In this document: positions 35,329 through 43,822 of the stretch, piece after piece
Layout: every line of letters starts with the position of its first letter
How positions within the stretch are numbered: position 1 is the first letter of the stretch
Assembly (NCBI GenBank): GCA_038117205.1
Contig: JAYOFL010000003.1
Coordinates: forward strand, 4,007 to 68,006
DNA: 64,000 nucleotides
Source of the DNA: Rhodospirillales bacterium
Lineage (GTDB): Bacteria > Pseudomonadota > Alphaproteobacteria > Rhodospirillales > Casp-alpha2
Reading direction: 5' to 3'
Translations under genes and position numbers: made by a program
The notes under the pieces: model-generated
Seen by the model: the letters and a program-made list of their open reading frames with translations, nothing else
Database searches by the model: none
What the model was told of the DNA's origin: nothing

Positions 35329-37188
35329 ATGTTTTCGGCCATGTTTTCGGGCAAGAACTGGGCTTGGTTCGCCGTCACCGCCGTCGGTGCCGCGATGTCG
35401 ATCTATCACCTCTATGTCGCGTTCTTCGGCGCCCCCGATGCGCAGATATTCCGCTCCACGCACCTCGTATTCGCGCTCGTCATGGCTTTCCTGATGGCGC
35501 CCTGCTGGCCGCGCAAGGACGGCACGCCGGGTCTCGCCGACCTGCTGCTGGTCGCCGCCTCGTTGGCCGCCTGCGGCTACCAGTTCTTCGCCAAGGATTA
35601 CATCGACAACCGCATGATCTACGTCGACGATCTGGTTCCCGGCGACTGGATTTTCGGCACCATGATGGTGGTGCTGCTCCTGGAATCGACGCGCCGCCTG
35701 ATGGGTCTGGTGCTGCCGATCACGGCGCTGGTGTTCGTCGCCTACGCGATCTTCATTCACGGAACCGATCTCGGTCCGTTGCTCGAGCAACTGTACCTGA
35801 CCACCGACGGCATCCTCGGCATTCCCGTCAGCGTCTCCGCGACCTACGTCGTGCTGTTCATCCTGTTCGGCGCGTTCGTCGAACGGACCGGTACCGGCAA
35901 ACTGTTCATGGACTTCGCCATGGCGCTGACCGGCCATACCGCCGGCGGCCCGGCTAAGGTCGCCTGCATCACCAGCGCCATGTTCGGCACGGTGTCGGGC
36001 AGCGCCGTCGCCAACGTCATGACCACCGGTACCTTCTCGATCCCGCTCATGAAGCGCATCGGCTACCGGCCGGCCTTCGCCGGCGCCGTCGAGGCCGTGG
36101 CCTCCACCGGCGGACAGATCATGCCGCCGATCATGGGCGCGGCGGCGTTCGTGATGGCGGAATTCCTGGGCGTCGCCTACATCGAGGTCGCCAAGTACGC
36201 GCTCATCCCGGCCGTCCTCTATTTCGGCGCCGTCTTCATGGCGGTGCACTTCGAGGCCCGGCGCGTCGGCATGGTCGGCCTGCCGAAGTCGGAGCTGCCG
36301 TCGCTCAAGGAGACGCTGAAGAACCACGGGCATCTGTTCATTCCGCTGGTCGTCATCGTCGGCGTCCTGATTTCCGGCTTCAGCGCGCCGTTCGCCGCGC
36401 TCTGCGGCATCTTCTCGGTTTTCCCGACGATCATGCTCCGCAAGTCGAGCCGCCAGCACCTGAACCCGCAGAACATCCTGGAAGCCCTCGTCGACGGCGC
36501 CAAGAACGCGGTCGGCGTGGCGCTTGCCTGCGGCTGCGCCGGCATCGTCATCGGCGTCATCGCGCTCACCGGCCTCGGCATCGAGTTCACCAGCTTCGTT
36601 CTCGCGGTGTCGCAGAACTCGCTCGTCGTGGCGCTGTTCTTCACCATGCTCGCCGGCATCGTCCTCGGCATGGGCATGCCGACGACGCCGGCCTACATCA
36701 TGCAGGTGGCGCTGCTGGTGCCGGCGGTGGTCAAGCTCGGCGTCACCGTCGAGGCGGCGCACATGTTCGTGTTCTACTTCGCGATCCTGTCCGCCATCAC
36801 GCCGCCGGTGGCGCTCGCCGTCTATGCGGCGAACGGGCTTTCCGGTGCCGGGCTTTGGGAATCCGGTTGGGCCGCCGTGAAGCTAGGACTCACCGGCTAC
36901 ATCATCCCGTTCATGTTCGTGTTCGGACCGTCGCTGCTGCTAATCGGCGAATGGTCGACCATCGCGTTGACGACGGTCTCCGCCATATGCGGCGTCGTCC
37001 TGCTGGCGGCGGGACTGCACAGCTACCTGCTGGCGCCCGCCAATATGTGGCAACGGACAATGATGGTCGCGGCGGCTTTCTGCCTGATCAAGCCGGGTCT
37101 CTACACCGACCTCGCCGGCGCCTCGCTCGCCGCCGTGGTGATCGGCGCGCAACTGCTCGAACGCCGCCGTCTGCAGGCGGCGAACTGA
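35329..37188 (+). CDS. TRAP transporter fused permease (TAXI-associated type)
   Basis: 619-aa polytopic ORF. The N-terminus SIYHLYVAFFGAPDAQIFRSTHL is typical of this permease family. Confidence 0.85.
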   Translation: MFSAMFSGKNWAWFAVTAVGAAMSIYHLYVAFFGAPDAQIFRSTHLVFALVMAFLMAPCWPRKDGTPGLADLLLVAASLAACGYQFFAKDYIDNRMIYVDDLVPGDWIFGTMMVVLLLESTRRLMGLVLPITALVFVAYAIFIHGTDLGPLLEQLYLTTDGILGIPVSVSATYVVLFILFGAFVERTGTGKLFMDFAMALTGHTAGGPAKVACITSAMFGTVSGSAVANVMTTGTFSIPLMKRIGYRPAFAGAVEAVASTGGQIMPPIMGAAAFVMAEFLGVAYIEVAKYALIPAVLYFGAVFMAVHFEARRVGMVGLPKSELPSLKETLKNHGHLFIPLVVIVGVLISGFSAPFAALCGIFSVFPTIMLRKSSRQHLNPQNILEALVDGAKNAVGVALACGCAGIVIGVIALTGLGIEFTSFVLAVSQNSLVVALFFTMLAGIVLGMGMPTTPAYIMQVALLVPAVVKLGVTVEAAHMFVFYFAILSAITPPVALAVYAANGLSGAGLWESGWAAVKLGLTGYIIPFMFVFGPSLLLIGEWSTIALTTVSAICGVVLLAAGLHSYLLAPANMWQRTMMVAAAFCLIKPGLYTDLAGASLAAVVIGAQLLERRRLQAAN

Positions 37189-37219
37189 AGTCCCGTTCCC
37201 GCTTTCCGTTGGAGGCCCC

Positions 37220-38959
37220 GTGACGAACGCAAGAAAGAAGCCGGAAGAGCTCCGCAGTTACCGTTGGTTCGGCCACGACGATTTGCGCGGCTTCGGGCAT
37301 CGCTCCCGCGCCCTGCAGATGGGCTACGCGCCCGAGGACTGGCGCGGCAAGCCGATGATCGCGATCATCAACACGTGGTCCGACATCAACCCCTGCCACA
37401 TGCATTTCAAGCACCGGGTCGACGACGTGAAGCGCGGCATCCATCAGGCCGGCGGCTTCCCGATCGAGCTGCCGGCGATGTCGCTGGCGGAAAACTACGT
37501 CAAGCCGACGACCATGCTCTATCGCAACATGCTGGCGATGGAAGTCGAGGAACTGATCCGCTCGCATCCCATCGACGGTGTCGTGCTGATGGGCGGTTGC
37601 GACAAGACGACGCCGGGCGTTCTGCTGGGCGCCACCAGCGCCGGACTTCCCTCCATCTTCCTGCCGGCGGGCCCGATGCTGCGCGGCAACTGGAAGGGCA
37701 AGACGCTGGGCTCCGGCTCCGACGCCTGGAAATACTGGGACGAACGCCGCGCCGGCAAGATCACGACCGAGGACTGGCAGGATCTCGAGGCCGGTATCGC
37801 GCGCAGCTACGGCACCTGCATGACCATGGGCACCGCCAGCACCATGACCGCCATCGCGGAAGCCATCGGCATGACCCTGCCCGGCGCCTCTTCCATTCCG
37901 GCCGCCGATTCCAACCATATACGGATGTCCGCCGCCTGCGGCCGGCGCATCGTCGAAATGGTCTGGGAAGACGTCACGCCGGACAAGATCCAGACCCGCG
38001 CCGCCTTCGAAAACGGCATCGCCGTCGCCATGGCCATGGGCTGTTCGACCAACGCCATCATCCACGTGATCGCGCAAGCGCGGCGCGCCGGCCAGGACAT
38101 CGGCCTGGAGGACTTCGAGAAGGCCAGCCGCATCGTGCCGGTGATCGCCAACGTCCGGCCGAGCGGCGACACCTACCTGATGGAGGACTTCTATTACGCC
38201 GGCGGCCTGCCGGGGCTGATGGCGACGATCCGTGAGCACCTGCACCTGGACGCAATGACGGTGAACGGCCGCACGGTCGGCGAGAACATCGCCGCCGCCG
38301 AGGTCCACGACGACGACGTCATCCGGCCGCTCTCGAACCCGATCTACAAGGAAGGCGCACTCGCGGTGCTCAAGGGCAACCTGGCGCCGGACGGCTGCGT
38401 CATCAAGCCGAGTGCCTGCGAGCCGCGCTTCCTGAGGCACACCGGCCCGGCCCTCGTCTTCGACGACTATCCCTCCATGAAGAAGGCCGTCGAGGACGAG
38501 AACCTCGACGTTACCGCCGACCACGTCCTGATCCTCCGGAACGCCGGCCCGCAGGGCGGCCCCGGCATGCCGGAATGGGGCATGCTGCCGATCCCGAGGA
38601 AGCTCGTGAAAGAGGGCGTGCGCGACATGGTGCGGCTTTCCGACGCCCGCATGAGCGGCACCAGCTATGGTGCGTGCATCCTGCACGTCAGCCCCGAATC
38701 CTATGTCGGCGGGCCGCTGGCGCTGGTCAGGAACGGCGATCCGATTTCCGTCGACGTGGCGGCGCGCACGATCACCCTCGACGTGCCGGACGCCGAACTG
38801 GCCGCCCGCCGGAAAGCCCTCGCCGCGCCGGCGCCCCGCTTCGAGCGCGGCTACGGCTGGATGTTCAATCGCCACATCAGGCAGGCGCACGAGGGGTGCG
38901 ACTTCGACTTCCTGCACACCGATTTCGGCCGTCCCGTCGGCGAGCCGGACATTTTCTAA
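37220..38959 (+). CDS. IlvD/Edd-family sugar-acid dehydratase
   Basis: 579 aa with a GTG start. It contains the GGCDKTTPG block and an overall arabonate/xylonate dehydratase-like sequence. Confidence 0.9.
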   Translation: MTNARKKPEELRSYRWFGHDDLRGFGHRSRALQMGYAPEDWRGKPMIAIINTWSDINPCHMHFKHRVDDVKRGIHQAGGFPIELPAMSLAENYVKPTTMLYRNMLAMEVEELIRSHPIDGVVLMGGCDKTTPGVLLGATSAGLPSIFLPAGPMLRGNWKGKTLGSGSDAWKYWDERRAGKITTEDWQDLEAGIARSYGTCMTMGTASTMTAIAEAIGMTLPGASSIPAADSNHIRMSAACGRRIVEMVWEDVTPDKIQTRAAFENGIAVAMAMGCSTNAIIHVIAQARRAGQDIGLEDFEKASRIVPVIANVRPSGDTYLMEDFYYAGGLPGLMATIREHLHLDAMTVNGRTVGENIAAAEVHDDDVIRPLSNPIYKEGALAVLKGNLAPDGCVIKPSACEPRFLRHTGPALVFDDYPSMKKAVEDENLDVTADHVLILRNAGPQGGPGMPEWGMLPIPRKLVKEGVRDMVRLSDARMSGTSYGACILHVSPESYVGGPLALVRNGDPISVDVAARTITLDVPDAELAARRKALAAPAPRFERGYGWMFNRHIRQAHEGCDFDFLHTDFGRPVGEPDIF

Positions 38960-38973
38960 CCCCGGAGCCCCCG

Positions 38974-39690
38974 ATGCCCCTTTCCAACGAGACCCGCGAA
39001 AAGCTCAAGACCGTCAGCACCGCCACCATCACCACGGCGCTGTTCAAGAAGGGCTTCCGCAATCAGTACATCCAGAACGTCCATCCGCTCAATCCGGCCG
39101 GCGCGCCCATGGTCGGCGAAGCCTTCACGCTCCGCTACATGCCGGCGCGCGAGGACCGCAATCCGATCAGCGTCTTTCAGGACCGCGGTCATCCGCAGCG
39201 CAAGGCGGTCGAGGATTGCCCGCCCGGTGCCGTCTTCGTCATCGACAGCCGCAAGGACCCGCGCGCCGCGTCGGCCGGCTCGATCCTGGTGACGCGCCTG
39301 ATGGTCCGGGGTGTCGCCGGTGTCGTCACCGACGGCGGCTTCCGCGATTCCCCGGAAATCGCCAAGCTGGCGATCCCGGCCTATCACACCCGTCCGGCGG
39401 CGCCGACCAATCTGACGGTGCACGAGGCCATCGACATCAACGTGCCGATCGGCTGCGGCGACGCGCCGGTGTTCCCGGGCGACGTGATCGTCGGCGACGG
39501 CGAGGGCGTGGTCGTCATCCCGGCGCATATCGCGGACGATATCTGCGCCGAGGCCGTCGAGATGACGGCATTCGAGGACTTCGTCACGGAAGAGGTGCAG
39601 AAGGGCCGCTCCATCCTCGGCCTCTATCCGGCGACCGAGGAACAAACCAAGCAGGACTTCGCCGCCTGGCGGAAGAAGAACAACCGCTGA
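38974..39690 (+). CDS. RraA-family protein of the long (aldolase-like) type
   Basis: The real start is MPLSNETREKLKTVSTATITTAL. The GSILVTRLMVRGVAGVVTDGGFRD block is present. At 238 aa it resembles HMG/CHA-aldolase-size members rather than 160-aa RraA. Confidence 0.8.
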   Translation: MPLSNETREKLKTVSTATITTALFKKGFRNQYIQNVHPLNPAGAPMVGEAFTLRYMPAREDRNPISVFQDRGHPQRKAVEDCPPGAVFVIDSRKDPRAASAGSILVTRLMVRGVAGVVTDGGFRDSPEIAKLAIPAYHTRPAAPTNLTVHEAIDINVPIGCGDAPVFPGDVIVGDGEGVVVIPAHIADDICAEAVEMTAFEDFVTEEVQKGRSILGLYPATEEQTKQDFAAWRKKNNR

Positions 39691-39696
39691 GGACGT

Positions 39697-40506
39697 CTAG
39701 CGGGCCTTGCCGGCCCGCCTAGAGACCAACCAACCGGCCAGCACCACGATCGCGGCGACGCTCAGCAAGAGGATCGTCGCCAGCGCGTTGATCTGTGGAT
39801 TGACGCCGAGCCGTGCGCTCGAAAAGACGACCATGGGGAGCGTGCTCGATCCGGGTCCGGAAACGAAACTGGCGATCACCAGATCGTCCAGCGATAGCGT
39901 GAAGGCGAGCAGCCAGCCCGCCGCCAGGGACGGCGCGATCATCGGCAACGTCACCGTAAAGAACACCCGCACCGGCCGGGCGCCGAGGTCGAGCGCCGCT
40001 TCCTCGATGCTGCGGTCCAACTGCGCGAGCCGTGCCTGCGCCACCACCGAGACGTAGGCGATACCGAAGGTGGCGTGCGCGATGACGATGGTGACGACGC
40101 CCCGCCCGTCCGGCCAGCCGATCAACTGCTCCATCGAGACGAACAGCAAAAGCAGCGACAGGCCGGTGATGACTTCCGGCATGACGAGGGGTGCCGTCGT
40201 CATGCCGGCGAACAGCAACCTGCCCCGGAAGCGGCCGAACCGAACCAGCGCCAGCGCCGCCAATGTGCCGAGCGCGACGGCGAGGGTCGCCGAGACGAAG
40301 GCGATGCCGAGACTGAGGCCGGCGGCGTCGAGCAGCTTTTCGTTCCGCATCAGCTCGCCATACCACTTGGTGGAAAAGCCGGCCCAGACGGTGACGAGCT
40401 TGGACGAATTGAACGAATAGACGACGAGCGACGCGATCGGACCGTACAGGAACACGTAGCCCGAGATCAGGACGGCGATCAGGATCGGCGTCAGACCGCG
40501 TTTCAT
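39697..40506 (-). CDS. potI: polyamine ABC transporter permease
   Basis: The real start is MKRGLTPILIAVLISG. A PotC/PotI-type permease, ATGA-coupled to the upstream gene. Confidence 0.75.
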   Translation of the reverse strand: MKRGLTPILIAVLISGYVFLYGPIASLVVYSFNSSKLVTVWAGFSTKWYGELMRNEKLLDAAGLSLGIAFVSATLAVALGTLAALALVRFGRFRGRLLFAGMTTAPLVMPEVITGLSLLLLFVSMEQLIGWPDGRGVVTIVIAHATFGIAYVSVVAQARLAQLDRSIEEAALDLGARPVRVFFTVTLPMIAPSLAAGWLLAFTLSLDDLVIASFVSGPGSSTLPMVVFSSARLGVNPQINALATILLLSVAAIVVLAGWLVSRRAGKAR

Positions 40507-41414
40507 GCGCCGCCCTCCGCCCGTTTGACGCGGATGTTCTCGAGCCACGCCAACGGCGCCACCAGCAATACCAGCATGGCGACGGCGACGGACGCCGCCA
40601 GCGGCCAGTCGCGGTTGTTGAAGAACTCGATCCACAGCACCTTGCCGAGCATCAGGGTCTCGGGACCGCCGAGCAGGTCGGGGATGACGAACTCGCCGAC
40701 CGCCGGAATGAACACCAGCAGTAAGCCGGCAAAGATGCCGGGCAGCGAGAGCGGCAGAGTCACCGTCAGGAAAGCGCGGACCGGTCGGGCGCCGAGATCG
40801 TGCGCCGCTTCCAGCAATGCCGGGTCCTGGCGTTCCAGCGCCGCGAACAGCGGCAGGATCATGAACGGCAGATAGGAATAGACGATGCCGACATAGACGG
40901 CGAACGGTGTGTGCAAGAGCGCCAGCGGTTGGTCGATCAGGCCGGTGGCCTGAAGAAGCTCGTTAACCGGCCCTTCCGTCTTCAAGAGCCCCATCCAGGC
41001 ATAAACGCGGATCAGGAACGACGTCCAGAGCGGCAGGATCACGGCGATCAGAAGCTGCGGCCGCCAGCGGTCCGGGGTGCGGGCGAGTGCGTAGGCGATG
41101 GGATAGCCGACGAGCAGGCAGAGGATCGCCGACGTGGCGGCGATGCGGAGCGAGCTCAGCAGTGCGTTCAGATAGAGCGGATCGTCGGCGAGGAAGGCGT
41201 AGTTGCCGAGCTTCGCGTTGACGGAGAGGCCGGCGCCCTCCACCCATTCCAATATCGGCGTATAGGGCGGGATGCCAATCCTGGTTTCCGAAAGGCTGAT
41301 GGCGACGATGATGGCGAACGGCGCCAGGAAGAACAGCAGCAGCCACGCATATGGCAACGCAACGACGATACGGCGGCCGCCGCGCGCCGCCGGTGACGGA
41401 CGCGGCCCGCTCAT
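40503..41414 (-). CDS. potH: polyamine ABC transporter permease
   Basis: The real start is MSGPRPSPAARGG. A PotB/PotH-type permease, ATGA-coupled on both sides. Confidence 0.75.
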   Translation of the reverse strand: MSGPRPSPAARGGRRIVVALPYAWLLLFFLAPFAIIVAISLSETRIGIPPYTPILEWVEGAGLSVNAKLGNYAFLADDPLYLNALLSSLRIAATSAILCLLVGYPIAYALARTPDRWRPQLLIAVILPLWTSFLIRVYAWMGLLKTEGPVNELLQATGLIDQPLALLHTPFAVYVGIVYSYLPFMILPLFAALERQDPALLEAAHDLGARPVRAFLTVTLPLSLPGIFAGLLLVFIPAVGEFVIPDLLGGPETLMLGKVLWIEFFNNRDWPLAASVAVAMLVLLVAPLAWLENIRVKRAEGGA

Positions 41415-42538
41415 CCGGGTAACAACACGCCGTTCCGGGCCGGCCACGTCAAAACGACGCGGTCGTCCCAGGTCAGCGGCTGCTCCGTCGAGTGCAGGCT
41501 GTTGGCGGTCGACGCCTGGACGACGGGGCCGGCGTCGGTCTTCACGTGATAGATCGAAAGATCGCCGAGATAACCGATATCCTTGATGAAGCCAGCGATG
41601 CGGTTGCCGCCGTTTTCGGGCAAATCGCGGTCGATGGCGATCTTCTCGGGGCGCACCATCACGCTCGCCTTCTGCCCGACCACCCAATCGCCCTCGGCGA
41701 TGACCCGGATGTCGGTGCCGAGCGCGTCGGCACGGAGCGTCGCCTCGCCGTCGGAACGGGCGACCACGGCGCCGTCGAAAATATTGGCGGCGCCGATGAA
41801 GTCGGCGACGAAACGGCTTTCCGGCTGTTCGTAAATGCCGCGCGGCGTGCCGGTCTGGCGGATCACGCCCTTCTCCATGACGCCGATGCGGTCGGACACC
41901 GTCATCGCCTCTTCCTGGTCGTGCGTCACCATGACGAAGGCGATGCCGAGCCGTTCCTGCAGCGTCACCAGTTCCAACTGCGTGCGCTCGCGGAGCTTGC
42001 GGTCGAGCGCCGCCAATGGCTCGTCGAGCAGCAGGATCTTCGGGCGCTTGGCGATGGCGCGGGCGAGCGCGACACGCTGGCGCTGGCCACCCGACAACTG
42101 GTCGGGTCTCCGCTTCTCAAAGCCCGTGAGTTCGACCTGGCGCAGTGCCTCCGCCACCCGGTCGGCCCGTTCGCCGGCGCCGAGCGATTCCTGACGGAGA
42201 CCGTAGGCGATGTTCTTCTCCACGCTCATGTGCGGAAAGAGGGCGTAGGACTGGAACACCATGTTGACCGGCCGCTCGTAGGGCGGCCGGTCGGTCATGT
42301 CCTCGCCGTCGATGACGATCCGCCCGGCGTCCGGCGTCTCGAAGCCGGCGATCATGCGGAGCAACGTCGTCTTGCCGCAGCCGGAACCGCCGAGGAGCGA
42401 GAAGAACTCGCCGCCCCGGACCTCGAGATCGACGCCCGCGACGGCGGCTTCGTCACCGAAACGCTTGCTCGCGCCGGTGACGGAGAGCACCACCCGGGCG
42501 TTCGAGGTCGCCGGCTTGCCGCCAGCGGGTCCGCTCAT
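41411..42538 (-). CDS. potG: polyamine ABC transporter ATP-binding protein
   Basis: Walker A GGSGCGKTT, signature LSGGQRQR, Walker B LLLDEP, and a C-terminal TOBE-like domain. Confidence 0.85.
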   Translation of the reverse strand: MSGPAGGKPATSNARVVLSVTGASKRFGDEAAVAGVDLEVRGGEFFSLLGGSGCGKTTLLRMIAGFETPDAGRIVIDGEDMTDRPPYERPVNMVFQSYALFPHMSVEKNIAYGLRQESLGAGERADRVAEALRQVELTGFEKRRPDQLSGGQRQRVALARAIAKRPKILLLDEPLAALDRKLRERTQLELVTLQERLGIAFVMVTHDQEEAMTVSDRIGVMEKGVIRQTGTPRGIYEQPESRFVADFIGAANIFDGAVVARSDGEATLRADALGTDIRVIAEGDWVVGQKASVMVRPEKIAIDRDLPENGGNRIAGFIKDIGYLGDLSIYHVKTDAGPVVQASTANSLHSTEQPLTWDDRVVLTWPARNGVLLPG

Positions 42539-43647
42539 TGGCCCGTCTTGATCTTCGTCCAGACGCGGGTGCGCATTCGCTCGTGACCGGCCGACTTGGC
42601 CGGCATCACGAACAGCCGCTCGCGCACTTCCTTCGGCGGATAGATCGCCGGATCGTCGAGGCGTTCCTTGTCGACGAACTTCTCGGCACCGGCGATGGCG
42701 TTGGCGTAGCCGACGGCGTTGGTGATCGGACCGATCACGTCCGGCCGCAGCATGAAGTTGATGAAGGCGAGCGCATTCCCCGGGTGCGGCGCGTCCTTCG
42801 GAATGGCCATCACGTCGATGTTGGCCTGCGCCCCTTCCTTCGGCAGCACGATCTTGATGTCGACGCCCTTCTTGGCTTCCTTGGCGCGGTCACGGGCCTG
42901 CACCAGATCGCCGCCGTATCCCTGCGCGACACAAAGATCGCCGTTGGCGAGATCGTTGATGTAGGTCGAGGAGTGGATGTACTTGAGGTGCGGCCGGATG
43001 CCTTCCAGCAGCTTCTGGACCTTGTCCACGTCTTCTTTCTTCTCGCTGGCGATGTCGATGCCGAGATAGGCGGACGCCGCGGCGAACGCTTCGACAGGAT
43101 CGTCCAGGATGGAAATGCCGCAGGGCGCCAGCTTCGCCGCCCATTTCGGATCGAAGATCAGCGCCCAGCTTCCGACCGGCGCGCCCGGCGCCATTGCCTT
43201 TATCTTGGCCGCGTTGTAGCCGAAACCGGTGCCGGCCGACATGTAGGGAACCGCGAACTTGTTGCTCGGATCGGCCGCGGCGATGGCCTTCAACGTGGAT
43301 TTTTCGATGTTCTTGTAATTCGGCAGCTTCTTCCGATCGAGCGGCATGTAGACGCCGGCCTTCACCTGACGGGCGAGGAACGGCATGGTCGTCGGGAACA
43401 CCACGTCATAGCCGGACTTGCCGGCCATCAGCTTGGCTTCGAGGATTTCGTTGGAATCGTAGACGTCGTAATTGACCTTGATGCCGGTTTCCTTGGTGAA
43501 GCGCGCCAGCGTGTCCTCGGCGATGTAGTCGGACCAGTTGAAGACGTTCAGCACCTTTTCTTCCGCGGCGGCGGCCGTCTGCGCGGCGGCCATCCCGAAC
43601 CCGACGAGCGCGGCGGCGAGCAATCGAAGGCGAAGACGAGATTTCAT
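42535..43647 (-). CDS. potF: putrescine/polyamine-binding periplasmic protein
   Basis: 370 aa with a signal peptide. The VLNVFNWSDYIAEDTLARFTKETGIKVNYDVYDSNE block is typical of PotF/PotD. Confidence 0.85.
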   Translation of the reverse strand: MKSRLRLRLLAAALVGFGMAAAQTAAAAEEKVLNVFNWSDYIAEDTLARFTKETGIKVNYDVYDSNEILEAKLMAGKSGYDVVFPTTMPFLARQVKAGVYMPLDRKKLPNYKNIEKSTLKAIAAADPSNKFAVPYMSAGTGFGYNAAKIKAMAPGAPVGSWALIFDPKWAAKLAPCGISILDDPVEAFAAASAYLGIDIASEKKEDVDKVQKLLEGIRPHLKYIHSSTYINDLANGDLCVAQGYGGDLVQARDRAKEAKKGVDIKIVLPKEGAQANIDVMAIPKDAPHPGNALAFINFMLRPDVIGPITNAVGYANAIAGAEKFVDKERLDDPAIYPPKEVRERLFVMPAKSAGHERMRTRVWTKIKTGQ

Positions 43648-43822
43648 GAAAGCAATCCCCTATCCCACCGGCGGACCGGAACGGCTGGCCGGTCGCGCGG
43701 CCTCGTTGAAACGTCCCGCGCTGGGCGGGTTTGGGGCAGAATAGGCGATTTGATTTTCCGCCGATAGGGTGATGTTGGGGATTTCCCGCGCCAGGGTGAT
43801 ACCCTTGCGCCGCCGCCGCTGC

